A stretch of DNA of 64,000 nucleotides, from positions 9,172-73,171 of the forward strand of contig JAFGTF010000022.1 of assembly GCA_016934265.1 (NCBI GenBank), read 5' to 3'. Under the pieces are notes generated by a model that saw only the letters and a list, made by a program, of their open reading frames with translations, did not search any database and had not been told where the DNA came from. This DNA is from Spirochaetota bacterium. Lineage in GTDB: Bacteria; Spirochaetota; B62-G9; DRHN01. Positions 56,763 to 64,000 of this stretch are shown here, piece by piece. Positions within the stretch are counted from its first letter, which is position 1; each line of letters opens with the position of its first letter. A program made the translations under genes and the position numbers.

Positions 56763-58160
56763 TCAGTTCATCATTCCTGGGCTGGGAGGCGCCTCGGGAT
56801 CCCATGTTTGTGCTGCCATGTCCGTGACGTACGCCCCATTGGTCGTGCGTCGTGCCGCACAAAGCGATTCCACCGGAGGTCCGGACCAGCCTTCATCGCA
56901 TAGGAATTCATAATCATTCGGAAGAAGCCCGTCTACGGAGTAGCAGAGCCCGTCTAAGAATACAGGTCCGCTCTGGACGGCGAGCTCGTCCTTCGTCCCG
57001 GGCGGCCGCCCGTCGGGAATATGGAAGACCGTCCCGTCGTTTTCGAAGCTGTCGCTCCATACGACGACGAGGTGGCTCCCCTCTTCCGCCTGAACGTCTT
57101 CACCGCCGGTGATCGACGAATCAGTGCCGTCGAGGTCGGTCACGACGATATATTTCAGGTTTCCGCCCCGTGTGATAAAAAGCTCCACCCAGTCCTCACC
57201 CGTCTCGTCGTGCGCGTCGACCCTGAACTCAGTGATCATGGCGAGGGCCGAGTCCCCGGGAACACTCGGCTCGAACGGCGTGTCGCTGTTTTCAGCCCCG
57301 GGCGTGCCGAACGTGCCGTCCGAAAGGTTTATGCAGGCGCTCTCGGTGTACCAAAATTCCTCTTCCCATCCGGGGTCTTCTGAATGGGTGTAGCGGGACA
57401 GGGAGGCTGTTTGATCGCCGGTAAGGCCTCCGGTGTAGTCTCCACCGTCGCCTGCGGTATCGAGAACGTCTCCCGATCCGTTTCGCAGCACAAAGGGGCC
57501 GAACGTGGAGTTCGAAAAAGAGAGGGATTGTTGCGCGCAGTCTATCCGGCAGAGGATCGCCGACTTTTCGCTCCCCTCGGGGTAGTTGGCGATGAGAAAC
57601 AGCCCGAAGCCCTCGATCCTCCCGGAAAATAAAAGCGGCACGCCTTTGCCCGCGGCGTTGTCGATCGAATAGAGTGAGAGGTAGAAAGGGCGCTCTGAGC
57701 GGTTTTTTATCTCGAGGTATTCGTCGTACGGGCTTGTTGCGGTCCCGGCCCAGGCGATCTCGTTTATGAGGATGTCGCCGGGGCCGGGAGGAGGCCCTTC
57801 ATCCGTCACCGTGATCGCTACAGAAAAGCTGCGGCCCGAGTCGTCTCGCGCGACGATCGTGACGATGGACTTTGTGTCGACGTCCGGGGGGATGTAGGTG
57901 ACACGGGCGCCCGTGTCGGGATCGAAGCGGCCGAAACGCTCCGGCTCGGTCTTCCAAATAACGGTACCCGACTCTCCCTCGGCCTCGAGGGAAAGAGGCT
58001 GCGTGTCGAGTATCTCCTCTTTTTCAGCCGTTATGTAAAGCTCTTCTTCGTCGTCCTCAGCCTCTCTTGTGGGATTTTCTATGTTCGTGCAGCCGGACCC
58101 GCTGAAGATGAGGAATCCCACGAAAAAGTGCACGGCGGATATGTATAAAGACGGTTTCAT
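56763..58160 (-). CDS. lipoprotein with two lamin-tail domains (LTD)
   Basis: Start at the ATG at 58160 ('MKPSLYISAVHFFVGFLIFSGSGC', lipobox-like). LTD cores 'ILINEIAWAGT...YLEIKN' and 'AMITEFRVDAHDETGEDWVELF'. The longer listed ORF upstream is GC-rich junk. Confidence 0.6.
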   Translation of the reverse strand: MKPSLYISAVHFFVGFLIFSGSGCTNIENPTREAEDDEEELYITAEKEEILDTQPLSLEAEGESGTVIWKTEPERFGRFDPDTGARVTYIPPDVDTKSIVTIVARDDSGRSFSVAITVTDEGPPPGPGDILINEIAWAGTATSPYDEYLEIKNRSERPFYLSLYSIDNAAGKGVPLLFSGRIEGFGLFLIANYPEGSEKSAILCRIDCAQQSLSFSNSTFGPFVLRNGSGDVLDTAGDGGDYTGGLTGDQTASLSRYTHSEDPGWEEEFWYTESACINLSDGTFGTPGAENSDTPFEPSVPGDSALAMITEFRVDAHDETGEDWVELFITRGGNLKYIVVTDLDGTDSSITGGEDVQAEEGSHLVVVWSDSFENDGTVFHIPDGRPPGTKDELAVQSGPVFLDGLCYSVDGLLPNDYEFLCDEGWSGPPVESLCAARRTTNGAYVTDMAAQTWDPEAPPSPGMMN

Positions 58161-58296
58161 CCTGCCGTTATCCAACACGGATTCGGGCCGAATAATTTCA
58201 CCATTCGGCGTAATATTTGCTCTTGAGGCGCACGGAATATTCGCCCTGTAACCTATGGGCTTTCGGTACAAGCGTTTCAGGTTCCGGTAACACCTG

Positions 58297-60576
58297 CTAG
58301 CACTTCGAATAGCCGCAGGAGTGGCAGATCTCACAGCCGCCCTCGTGCTCGAGTATGCTGCCGCACTCGGGACACATACCTGCAATGGTCTTGGTGTGGG
58401 AGGATGAGGAGCTGTTCGACTCGTCGTTCTCGTCGAACAGTTCGCGTTCCTCTTTTTTTGCCTCGATCTTGGCGGTGCGCTTCTTGTTGTACACGTTGAG
58501 GTAGCGCTCCACGACCTTGGCGAGCGCATCCGAACAGGAGAGGACCTTGCCGCCCTTCTGCGGTAAAAGCGACGGCGAGGGACACCGCATGCCTTTGAGC
58601 TGCTTTACCACTGAGTACGGGTCGACGTTCGAGCGAAACGCCATTGAAATGAGGCGCGCCTGTGCGTCGAGCTGCGAAGCGGCGCATCCTCCCGCCTTTC
58701 CCATGCTTGCGAACAGCTCACACGGTCCGCATTCGTCTTCGTTTATCGTGACGTACAGGTTTCCGCATCCCGTTTCGATCTTCTCGGTAAAGCCCATGGT
58801 TACCTTGGGCCGCTCCCTCGGGGCGAACTTGTGCTGGTCCTTCTCCTTCTTGATCTTGCCGGTGGAGAGTACCTGGACGTCACGCGAGCCGTCCCGGTAT
58901 ACGGTGATCCCCTTGCACTTCAGCTTGTACGCCTCGAGGTACACGTCGAGCACGTCGTCCACCGTTGCGGAATTGGGGAAGTTCACCGTCTTCGAAACGG
59001 CGTTGTCGATATACTGCTGGAAGACCGCCTGCATGCGTATATGGTCGATCGGGGCGATGTCATGTGCCGTAACGAACAGGCTTTGGAACTTGGACGGGAT
59101 TCCGCTGATGCCTTTTACGCTCCCGTTTTGGGCGATCTCCCGGACTATGTTATCGGAGTAGAACCCCTCCTTTTCGGAAATCTCCAAGAAGAGGGGATTG
59201 GTCTCCGGGAGCTTGTTGTTGTCGAGCACGTTTCTCGTGAAGCTGACCGCGAAGAGCGGCTCGATACCTGAAGAGCAGCCTGCAATGATCGAGATCGTCC
59301 CGGTCGGCGCGATGGTGGTTCTCGTGGCGTTCCTGAACTTCTTCTCGGTATTGGCGTAGACGGACCTGCTCCAGTTCGGGAACACCCGCCGCTCCTCCGC
59401 GAGCATCAGGGAAGCCATGTCGGACTCCTCCTGGAGGAACCGGACGATCCTATTGCCGGTTTCGAAGGCCTCTTCAGAGTTGTACGGTATCCCAAGCCTG
59501 ATGAGCATGTCGGAAAAGCCCATCACGCCGAGACCGATCTTTCGGTTGTTCTGTACGAGGTTTTTTATCTGCTCCAGCGGAAAAACGGAGCGGTCCACCA
59601 CGTTGTCGAGAAAATGTATCGCTGCATGGATCGTATACTTCAGCCGCTCCCAGTCTATCTCGTCGTTTATGACCATCTGCTTGAGGTTGATGGAGCCAAG
59701 GTTGCAGGCCTCGTACGGCAGAAGCGGCTGCTCGCCGCACGGGTTGGTTGATTCGATGGCCCCGATCGCGGGGGTCGGGTTGTACCGGTTGATCTCGTCG
59801 ATGAATACGAGCCCGGGATCGCCGTACTGCCAGGCACGCTCCGCGATGAGGTTGAATACCTTCCTCGCCTTCAGCGTGCCCGCTACCTTGTTGTTTCTCG
59901 GGTTGATAAGCCGGTAATCGTCGTCCGTCAGGACGGCGTTCATGAACTCGTCGGTCGCGGCGACCGAAATATTGAAGTTGTTGAGCAAATGCTGCTCGGA
60001 TTTGGAGTTTATGAAGTCTATGATATCGGGGTGGTGAACGCTCAGGATACCCATGTTCGCGCCCCGTCTCGTTCCGCCCTGCACGATAGTCTCCGTGGCG
60101 GTATCGAATATCCTCATGAAGGAAACGGGTCCGCTCGAGATTCCCTTCGTCGTCTTTACCACATCGCCGTGCGGCCGTAGGCGCGAAAAGGAGAAGCCCG
60201 TCCCTCCTCCGCTCTTGTGGATCATGGCGGTGTACTTCACCGCGTCGAAAATACTGTCTATGGAGTCCTCGACCGGAATGACGAAGCAGGCGGAGAGCTG
60301 CTGGAGCTCCCTTCCCGCATTCATGAGGGTTGGTGAGTTCGGGAGAAAATCGAGGCTCACCATGAGATTATAGAACTGCTCGGCGGTATGCTCCACAGGC
60401 GCATTCTTGTCATACAGCCGGTCGGCCTCCGCGATATCCTTCGCCACCCTGAGGAACATCTCCTCGGGACCTTCCGTGGGATTTCCCTTTTCGTCCTTTT
60501 TGAGGTATCGCTTTTTCAGTACGGTAAGTGCGTTCTCGGAAAGATACAGTTTTTCCCTGTTTTTAGTAATCGACAT
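58297..60576 (-). CDS. nrdJ: adenosylcobalamin-dependent ribonucleotide reductase (class II, NrdJ)
   Basis: 'TNPCGEQPLLPYEACNLGSINL' active-site region, N-terminal 'LSENALTVLKKRYL', C-terminal Cys-rich zinc ribbon 'CPECG...CEICHSCG'. Confidence 0.9.
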   Translation of the reverse strand: MSITKNREKLYLSENALTVLKKRYLKKDEKGNPTEGPEEMFLRVAKDIAEADRLYDKNAPVEHTAEQFYNLMVSLDFLPNSPTLMNAGRELQQLSACFVIPVEDSIDSIFDAVKYTAMIHKSGGGTGFSFSRLRPHGDVVKTTKGISSGPVSFMRIFDTATETIVQGGTRRGANMGILSVHHPDIIDFINSKSEQHLLNNFNISVAATDEFMNAVLTDDDYRLINPRNNKVAGTLKARKVFNLIAERAWQYGDPGLVFIDEINRYNPTPAIGAIESTNPCGEQPLLPYEACNLGSINLKQMVINDEIDWERLKYTIHAAIHFLDNVVDRSVFPLEQIKNLVQNNRKIGLGVMGFSDMLIRLGIPYNSEEAFETGNRIVRFLQEESDMASLMLAEERRVFPNWSRSVYANTEKKFRNATRTTIAPTGTISIIAGCSSGIEPLFAVSFTRNVLDNNKLPETNPLFLEISEKEGFYSDNIVREIAQNGSVKGISGIPSKFQSLFVTAHDIAPIDHIRMQAVFQQYIDNAVSKTVNFPNSATVDDVLDVYLEAYKLKCKGITVYRDGSRDVQVLSTGKIKKEKDQHKFAPRERPKVTMGFTEKIETGCGNLYVTINEDECGPCELFASMGKAGGCAASQLDAQARLISMAFRSNVDPYSVVKQLKGMRCPSPSLLPQKGGKVLSCSDALAKVVERYLNVYNKKRTAKIEAKKEERELFDENDESNSSSSSHTKTIAGMCPECGSILEHEGGCEICHSCGYSKC

Positions 60577-60727
60577 CAGGAAGTTCCCCTCGCCCTGAAC
60601 GGTGCGGTAAAATGTAGGCGGTTACAGTATACCAAAAAATCGATTTGAATAAAACAGATTTTTTCTCGTTTTTACAGAAAATGATGCTATCTTTCTTTTT
60701 AACGGCCATGGATAAAAAGAGACGGGC

Positions 60728-61417
60728 ATGAGCGGGAGCAGAAAGACATTTATCCTGCTTTTTCTGGTAACCGTGCTCTACACCGTATACCGGTACCAGG
60801 GAAGCGAGGCGTTTTTCCTCACTCATTTTCGGCTTCTGCCCGCAAACCGGAGCATCGGAACCCTCGCCGTGTATTACAGATGGTGCATGGCGTTCCTGCT
60901 GTTGGGTGTTTTGCCGGCGTGCATCGTCAGGTTCGTCTTCAAGGAACCGCTCGCCTGGTACGGCGTCGCCGTGAACCGTCCGCTCGTCACATTCCTCGTC
61001 ACGCTCATCGGTATCGTGATAGTGACCCCGCTGGTCTATTTCGGGGCGAGGAACCGACTGCTTTCCTCCATCTACCCCCTCGTCGGTGATTCTTCGCTCT
61101 CGTACGGGAGGTTTGCGGAGAGCGCCCTGTTTTATCTTCTCTACTATGCCGGGTACGAGTTTTCCTTCAGGGGGCTTCTGTTCATGGGGCTGAAGGACGA
61201 TATCGGAGAATGGCAGGCCGTGGGAGTATCCCTCGCCGCCTCCGTGCTGCTCCATGTAACCCAGCCTGAGAGCGAGATGCTCATGGCGATAGTCGCGGGC
61301 ATCGCGTTTCCCCTTGTGACACGCAGGCTCGGCTCCCTTTTTCCCGCATTGCTCATTCACGCGTATACGGGAATCGCCCTCGACTACTGGATCATCATCT
61401 ATCAGGGAGGGTTCTGA
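60728..61417 (+). CDS. CPBP family intramembrane metalloprotease
   Basis: 'YAGYEFSFRGLLF' (EExxxR) and 'HVTQ' (FxxxH-like) motifs with a multi-TM topology. Confidence 0.7.
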   Translation: MSGSRKTFILLFLVTVLYTVYRYQGSEAFFLTHFRLLPANRSIGTLAVYYRWCMAFLLLGVLPACIVRFVFKEPLAWYGVAVNRPLVTFLVTLIGIVIVTPLVYFGARNRLLSSIYPLVGDSSLSYGRFAESALFYLLYYAGYEFSFRGLLFMGLKDDIGEWQAVGVSLAASVLLHVTQPESEMLMAIVAGIAFPLVTRRLGSLFPALLIHAYTGIALDYWIIIYQGGF

Positions 61418-61424
61418 CTTCCCT

Positions 61425-62567
61425 TCAGCTCGAGGCGGCGAACGCTCCCTCGATATCGGCGACGATGTCCTCGGGGTCCTCGATACCGACCGAGAGCCTG
61501 AGCGTGGTCTCGGTGATCCCCATCGCTTCACGCTCCTTTGGCCCAAGCTGCGCGTGGGAAGTCTCGAACGGGTAGCATAGTATCGATTCCACCCCGCCGA
61601 GGCTTATCGCCCCCTTGATGACGGACAGGTGCTCGGTGAACCGTCTGGCCTCGGAAAGAGTCCCCTCAAGCGTGAAAGCGACGATGCCGCCGAAACCTTT
61701 CATCTGTCGCCTGGCGAGGTCATGGTCGGGATGGCTCTCGAGGCCCGGGTAGTGTACCTCACGTACCCTGTCGGAGCGCTCGAGCGCTCGTGCGACCGTG
61801 AGGGCGTTTTTGTTCTGCATTTGTACCCTGAGGGGAAGGGTCTTCAAGCCCCGGTCCAAGAGAAAGCAGGAGAAGCAGTCGAGTGACCCGCCGAGGCTTT
61901 TCTGCATGTCTGCGATCCGCTCCATGAGCCGTTCGCTCGATACGACCGCACCGCAGGCGATGTCGCTGTGCCCCCCGAGATACTTCGTTCCGCTGTGGAC
62001 GGTAATGTCGACGCCCATGTCGAGCGGCTTCTGGTTTATCGGCGTGGCGAAGGTATTGTCTATTACCGAAACGAGCCCGTGATCGCCGGCGATCCTCGCG
62101 ATCTTTTCGATGTCCACCAGCCTGAGGAGCGGATTGGAGGGGGTCTCGAAGTATAAGAGCTTCGTGCGCGAGGTGATCTCCCGCTCGACGGCAGCGGGAT
62201 CGTTCGACTCCGGGACTCCGACACTGATACCGTACCGCGCAAGGTCTTGGGCGACGAACCTTCGGGTACCGCCGTAGATGTCGGACTGGACCACGCAGTG
62301 GTCTCCTGCTTCGAGGAGGGAAAGGAATACGGTGGTTATCGCCGCCATCCCCGAGGAGAACACGAGGCCCTTTTCTCCATGCTCGAGCGCGGCGATCTTC
62401 TCCGCAGGCGCGCGCTGTGTGAACGTGTTGCTGTACCGCGGATACCGGATCTCGTTCGACGGATGAGGAAACAGGTGTGCGGTCGAGAGGTACAGGGGGG
62501 TGTTGAGGCCGCCTTCGTTCGCGTCCGGATAGGATCCTTCGTGTATGCAAATCGTGCTGTCCTTCAT
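61425..62567 (-). CDS. Cys/Met-metabolism PLP-dependent enzyme (cystathionine gamma-synthase/beta-lyase family)
   Basis: 'VFSSGMAAI', PLP-Lys 'HSGTKYLGGHSD'. Start taken at the ATG at 62567 (MKDSTIC...), behind a GGAGGA RBS, rather than at 62582. Confidence 0.8.
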   Translation of the reverse strand: MKDSTICIHEGSYPDANEGGLNTPLYLSTAHLFPHPSNEIRYPRYSNTFTQRAPAEKIAALEHGEKGLVFSSGMAAITTVFLSLLEAGDHCVVQSDIYGGTRRFVAQDLARYGISVGVPESNDPAAVEREITSRTKLLYFETPSNPLLRLVDIEKIARIAGDHGLVSVIDNTFATPINQKPLDMGVDITVHSGTKYLGGHSDIACGAVVSSERLMERIADMQKSLGGSLDCFSCFLLDRGLKTLPLRVQMQNKNALTVARALERSDRVREVHYPGLESHPDHDLARRQMKGFGGIVAFTLEGTLSEARRFTEHLSVIKGAISLGGVESILCYPFETSHAQLGPKEREAMGITETTLRLSVGIEDPEDIVADIEGAFAASS

Positions 62568-62730
62568 ATAATCCTCCGTCATTTGGTACCCCTATACTAC
62601 CCCCGTTTCTGCGGGATTTGTACTATTTTATCCCGCGGAAATCGTTGAAAAACGGGGCATGGCACTTGTTTATAGAACGGTATGCGTGTACATTTTACAA
62701 AACAGGCGGCATAAGGAGAAGACGATAAGG

Positions 62731-63456
62731 GTGAGAGAGAAGATCATCGGATGCAGGGTGCTGGCGCGCGAGTTGTACTACTGCGCGTCCCGTTCTCCCC
62801 ACAGGATCGGGATCGAGCTGTACAAGGCGGGCCTCCACGAGCGGCCCGAAAAGCTCAACCGGTTTTTGAAGGACGCGATAGCAAAAACCACGAGGGAGGA
62901 GTGCGACCGCATTCTCTTGAGTTACGGTCTCTGCGGGAACGGGACCCTCGAGGTAACCCATCCCGACCTGCCGATAGCGGTGCACAACTGCCACGACTGT
63001 ATCCCGCTTCTTTTCGGCGACAAGAGGCGGCACGAACAATGGATTAAAAAGACGCCGGGTACCTTCTTCTACTCATGCGGTTGGATCGACGAGCTACTTG
63101 TGCCGGGGTGCCCGGATTACGACGACAAGTACCTCATGCTGTACAACAAGACGATAACGAAAAAGCAGCGGAACACGGTGGAGCGGATACTCGTCGAGCA
63201 CTACTCGGTACTTGCATACATACACTGGGACGAGCTCGGTGACGCTCTCGGCGAAAAGGGCCGCCGCTATACGAAGGCGTGCTGTGCGTCGCTCAACGAT
63301 CGGTTCGATCTAGGGCTTCGGTATGAGGAGGTCTCGGGAGGGCCCACACTGATTCAGGCGTTCGTCGACGGCCGTTGGAACGACGACGTCGTTGTCGTAG
63401 AACCGGGGAAAAAGCTTTTATTCAACGCGCCGAACGGCAATCTCTACTGCGGATAG
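62731..63456 (+). CDS. DUF1638 domain protein
   Basis: GTG at 62731 behind an AAGGAG RBS. 'EKIIGCRVLARELYY' fits the DUF1638 N-terminus. Confidence 0.5.
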   Translation: MREKIIGCRVLARELYYCASRSPHRIGIELYKAGLHERPEKLNRFLKDAIAKTTREECDRILLSYGLCGNGTLEVTHPDLPIAVHNCHDCIPLLFGDKRRHEQWIKKTPGTFFYSCGWIDELLVPGCPDYDDKYLMLYNKTITKKQRNTVERILVEHYSVLAYIHWDELGDALGEKGRRYTKACCASLNDRFDLGLRYEEVSGGPTLIQAFVDGRWNDDVVVVEPGKKLLFNAPNGNLYCG

Positions 63457-63457
63457 C

Positions 63458-64000
63458 CTATCCGCGCAGACCGTACAGAAGCTCCGTGGGCTTTTGCGAC
63501 TGTTCTCTTTGCTTGAGCTCGACGATCTTTTGCGACAACACTTCCGGATTGACAGCGTGCTCCACAACGCCGCCTTTGAGAATGTGCACGGCCTCCTGTG
63601 CGGTCCTTCGCTGCAGCTCCCGTCTCGATTCCTCCGAATACCAGGCCGCATGGTCGGAAAGGACGACGTTGTCGAGCCCGCAGAGGGGGCTCTTCGTATC
63701 GAACGGTTCGGATTCGTAGACGTCGAGCGCGGCGCCGCCGATGAGCTCCTCCTTTAGTGCGGTGTACAGCGCGCGCTGGTCGATCACCGCCCCCCTCGAC
63801 GTGTTGACGAGGATCGCGTCTTTTTTCATCATCCTGAACGTAGACAGGTTGAAGAGGTGATGTGTTCGTTCCGAGAGCGGGACGTGGATCGACAGGTAGT
63901 CGCAAACGATGGCGAGCTTTTTGAAGTCCAGCGGGGTCGTGCCGTCCGCATCGAATACCTGTTTCTTCACATACGGATCGCAGGCGAAGAAGTGGAACCC
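63458..64000 (-). CDS. D-isomer-specific 2-hydroxyacid dehydrogenase (PGDH-like), partial; N-terminus lies beyond the window end
   Basis: NAD-binding and catalytic region: 'ILVNTSRGAVIDQRALYTALKEELIGGAALDVYESEP', 'LSDHAAW'. Confidence 0.8.
   Translation of the reverse strand, partial: GFHFFACDPYVKKQVFDADGTTPLDFKKLAIVCDYLSIHVPLSERTHHLFNLSTFRMMKKDAILVNTSRGAVIDQRALYTALKEELIGGAALDVYESEPFDTKSPLCGLDNVVLSDHAAWYSEESRRELQRRTAQEAVHILKGGVVEHAVNPEVLSQKIVELKQREQSQKPTELLYGLRG

Noticed and set aside
60577-60727. Expected NrdR box or cobalamin riboswitch upstream of nrdJ
   Set aside because: Neither an 'ACACTATATATAGTGT'-like palindrome nor B12-riboswitch core motifs are visible in the 150-bp leader.

Overview
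High-GC (~58-60 %) bacterial chromosomal segment carrying about 55 protein-coding genes, many in tight operons with 4-bp ATGA/GTGA start-stop overlaps. I recognised no rRNA, tRNA, CRISPR array, transposase or integrase. The phylum is not assignable with confidence.

Gene content, start to end:
- A glucosylglycerate module: a divergent GH13_18 sugar phosphorylase (truncated by the window edge) and a glucosyl-3-phosphoglycerate synthase fused to a PTS EIIA(Ntr) domain.
- A DUF39 / NIL-ferredoxin homocysteine-biosynthesis operon ending in a 60-aa standalone MshEN-like (c-di-GMP-binding motif) protein.
- murG, a class I fructose-bisphosphate aldolase (fbaB), rimI-like GNAT, a cNMP-binding protein and a Dps-like ferritin.
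- A TolC / membrane-fusion / RND efflux operon interrupted by a 440-bp AT-rich spacer.
- A class I/II aminotransferase divergent from a B12-binding radical SAM (DUF4070) gene, then a HAD hydrolase.
- A 1.2-kb low-GC islet carrying a single Cas4-like PD-(D/E)XK nuclease.
- A 1451-aa Cache-HAMP-PAS-GAF hybrid histidine kinase plus a REC-HK protein.
- A seven-gene translationally coupled operon: YidD-like, secreted TPR-like protein, Zn-phospholipase-C-like, AddB, AddA, nitrilase-family hydrolase.
- DUF1007 plus a NicO nickel/cobalt permease, followed by a 25-bp inverted repeat.
- Split transketolase (N and C subunits) and rpiB.
- A DUF4212 / sodium:solute symporter / acyl-CoA synthetase locus in which an lplA-like gene and a fadD-like gene appear as reciprocal in-frame chimeras.
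- An RqcH/NFACT protein, then an arginine cluster argG - DUF1611-like - argC - argD - argF' (acetylornithine-type carbamoyltransferase) - argB - argH.
- zupT, an AT-rich non-coding island, a lamin-tail-domain lipoprotein, class II ribonucleotide reductase (nrdJ), a CPBP protease, a Cys/Met PLP enzyme, DUF1638, and a partial 2-hydroxyacid dehydrogenase at the window end.

Most unusual observations: the GpgS-EIIA(Ntr) fusion, the reciprocal lplA/fadD chimeras, the standalone MshEN mini-protein, the low-GC Cas4-like nuclease islet, and an arginine cluster with a DUF1611-like gene and no argA/argJ/argE.
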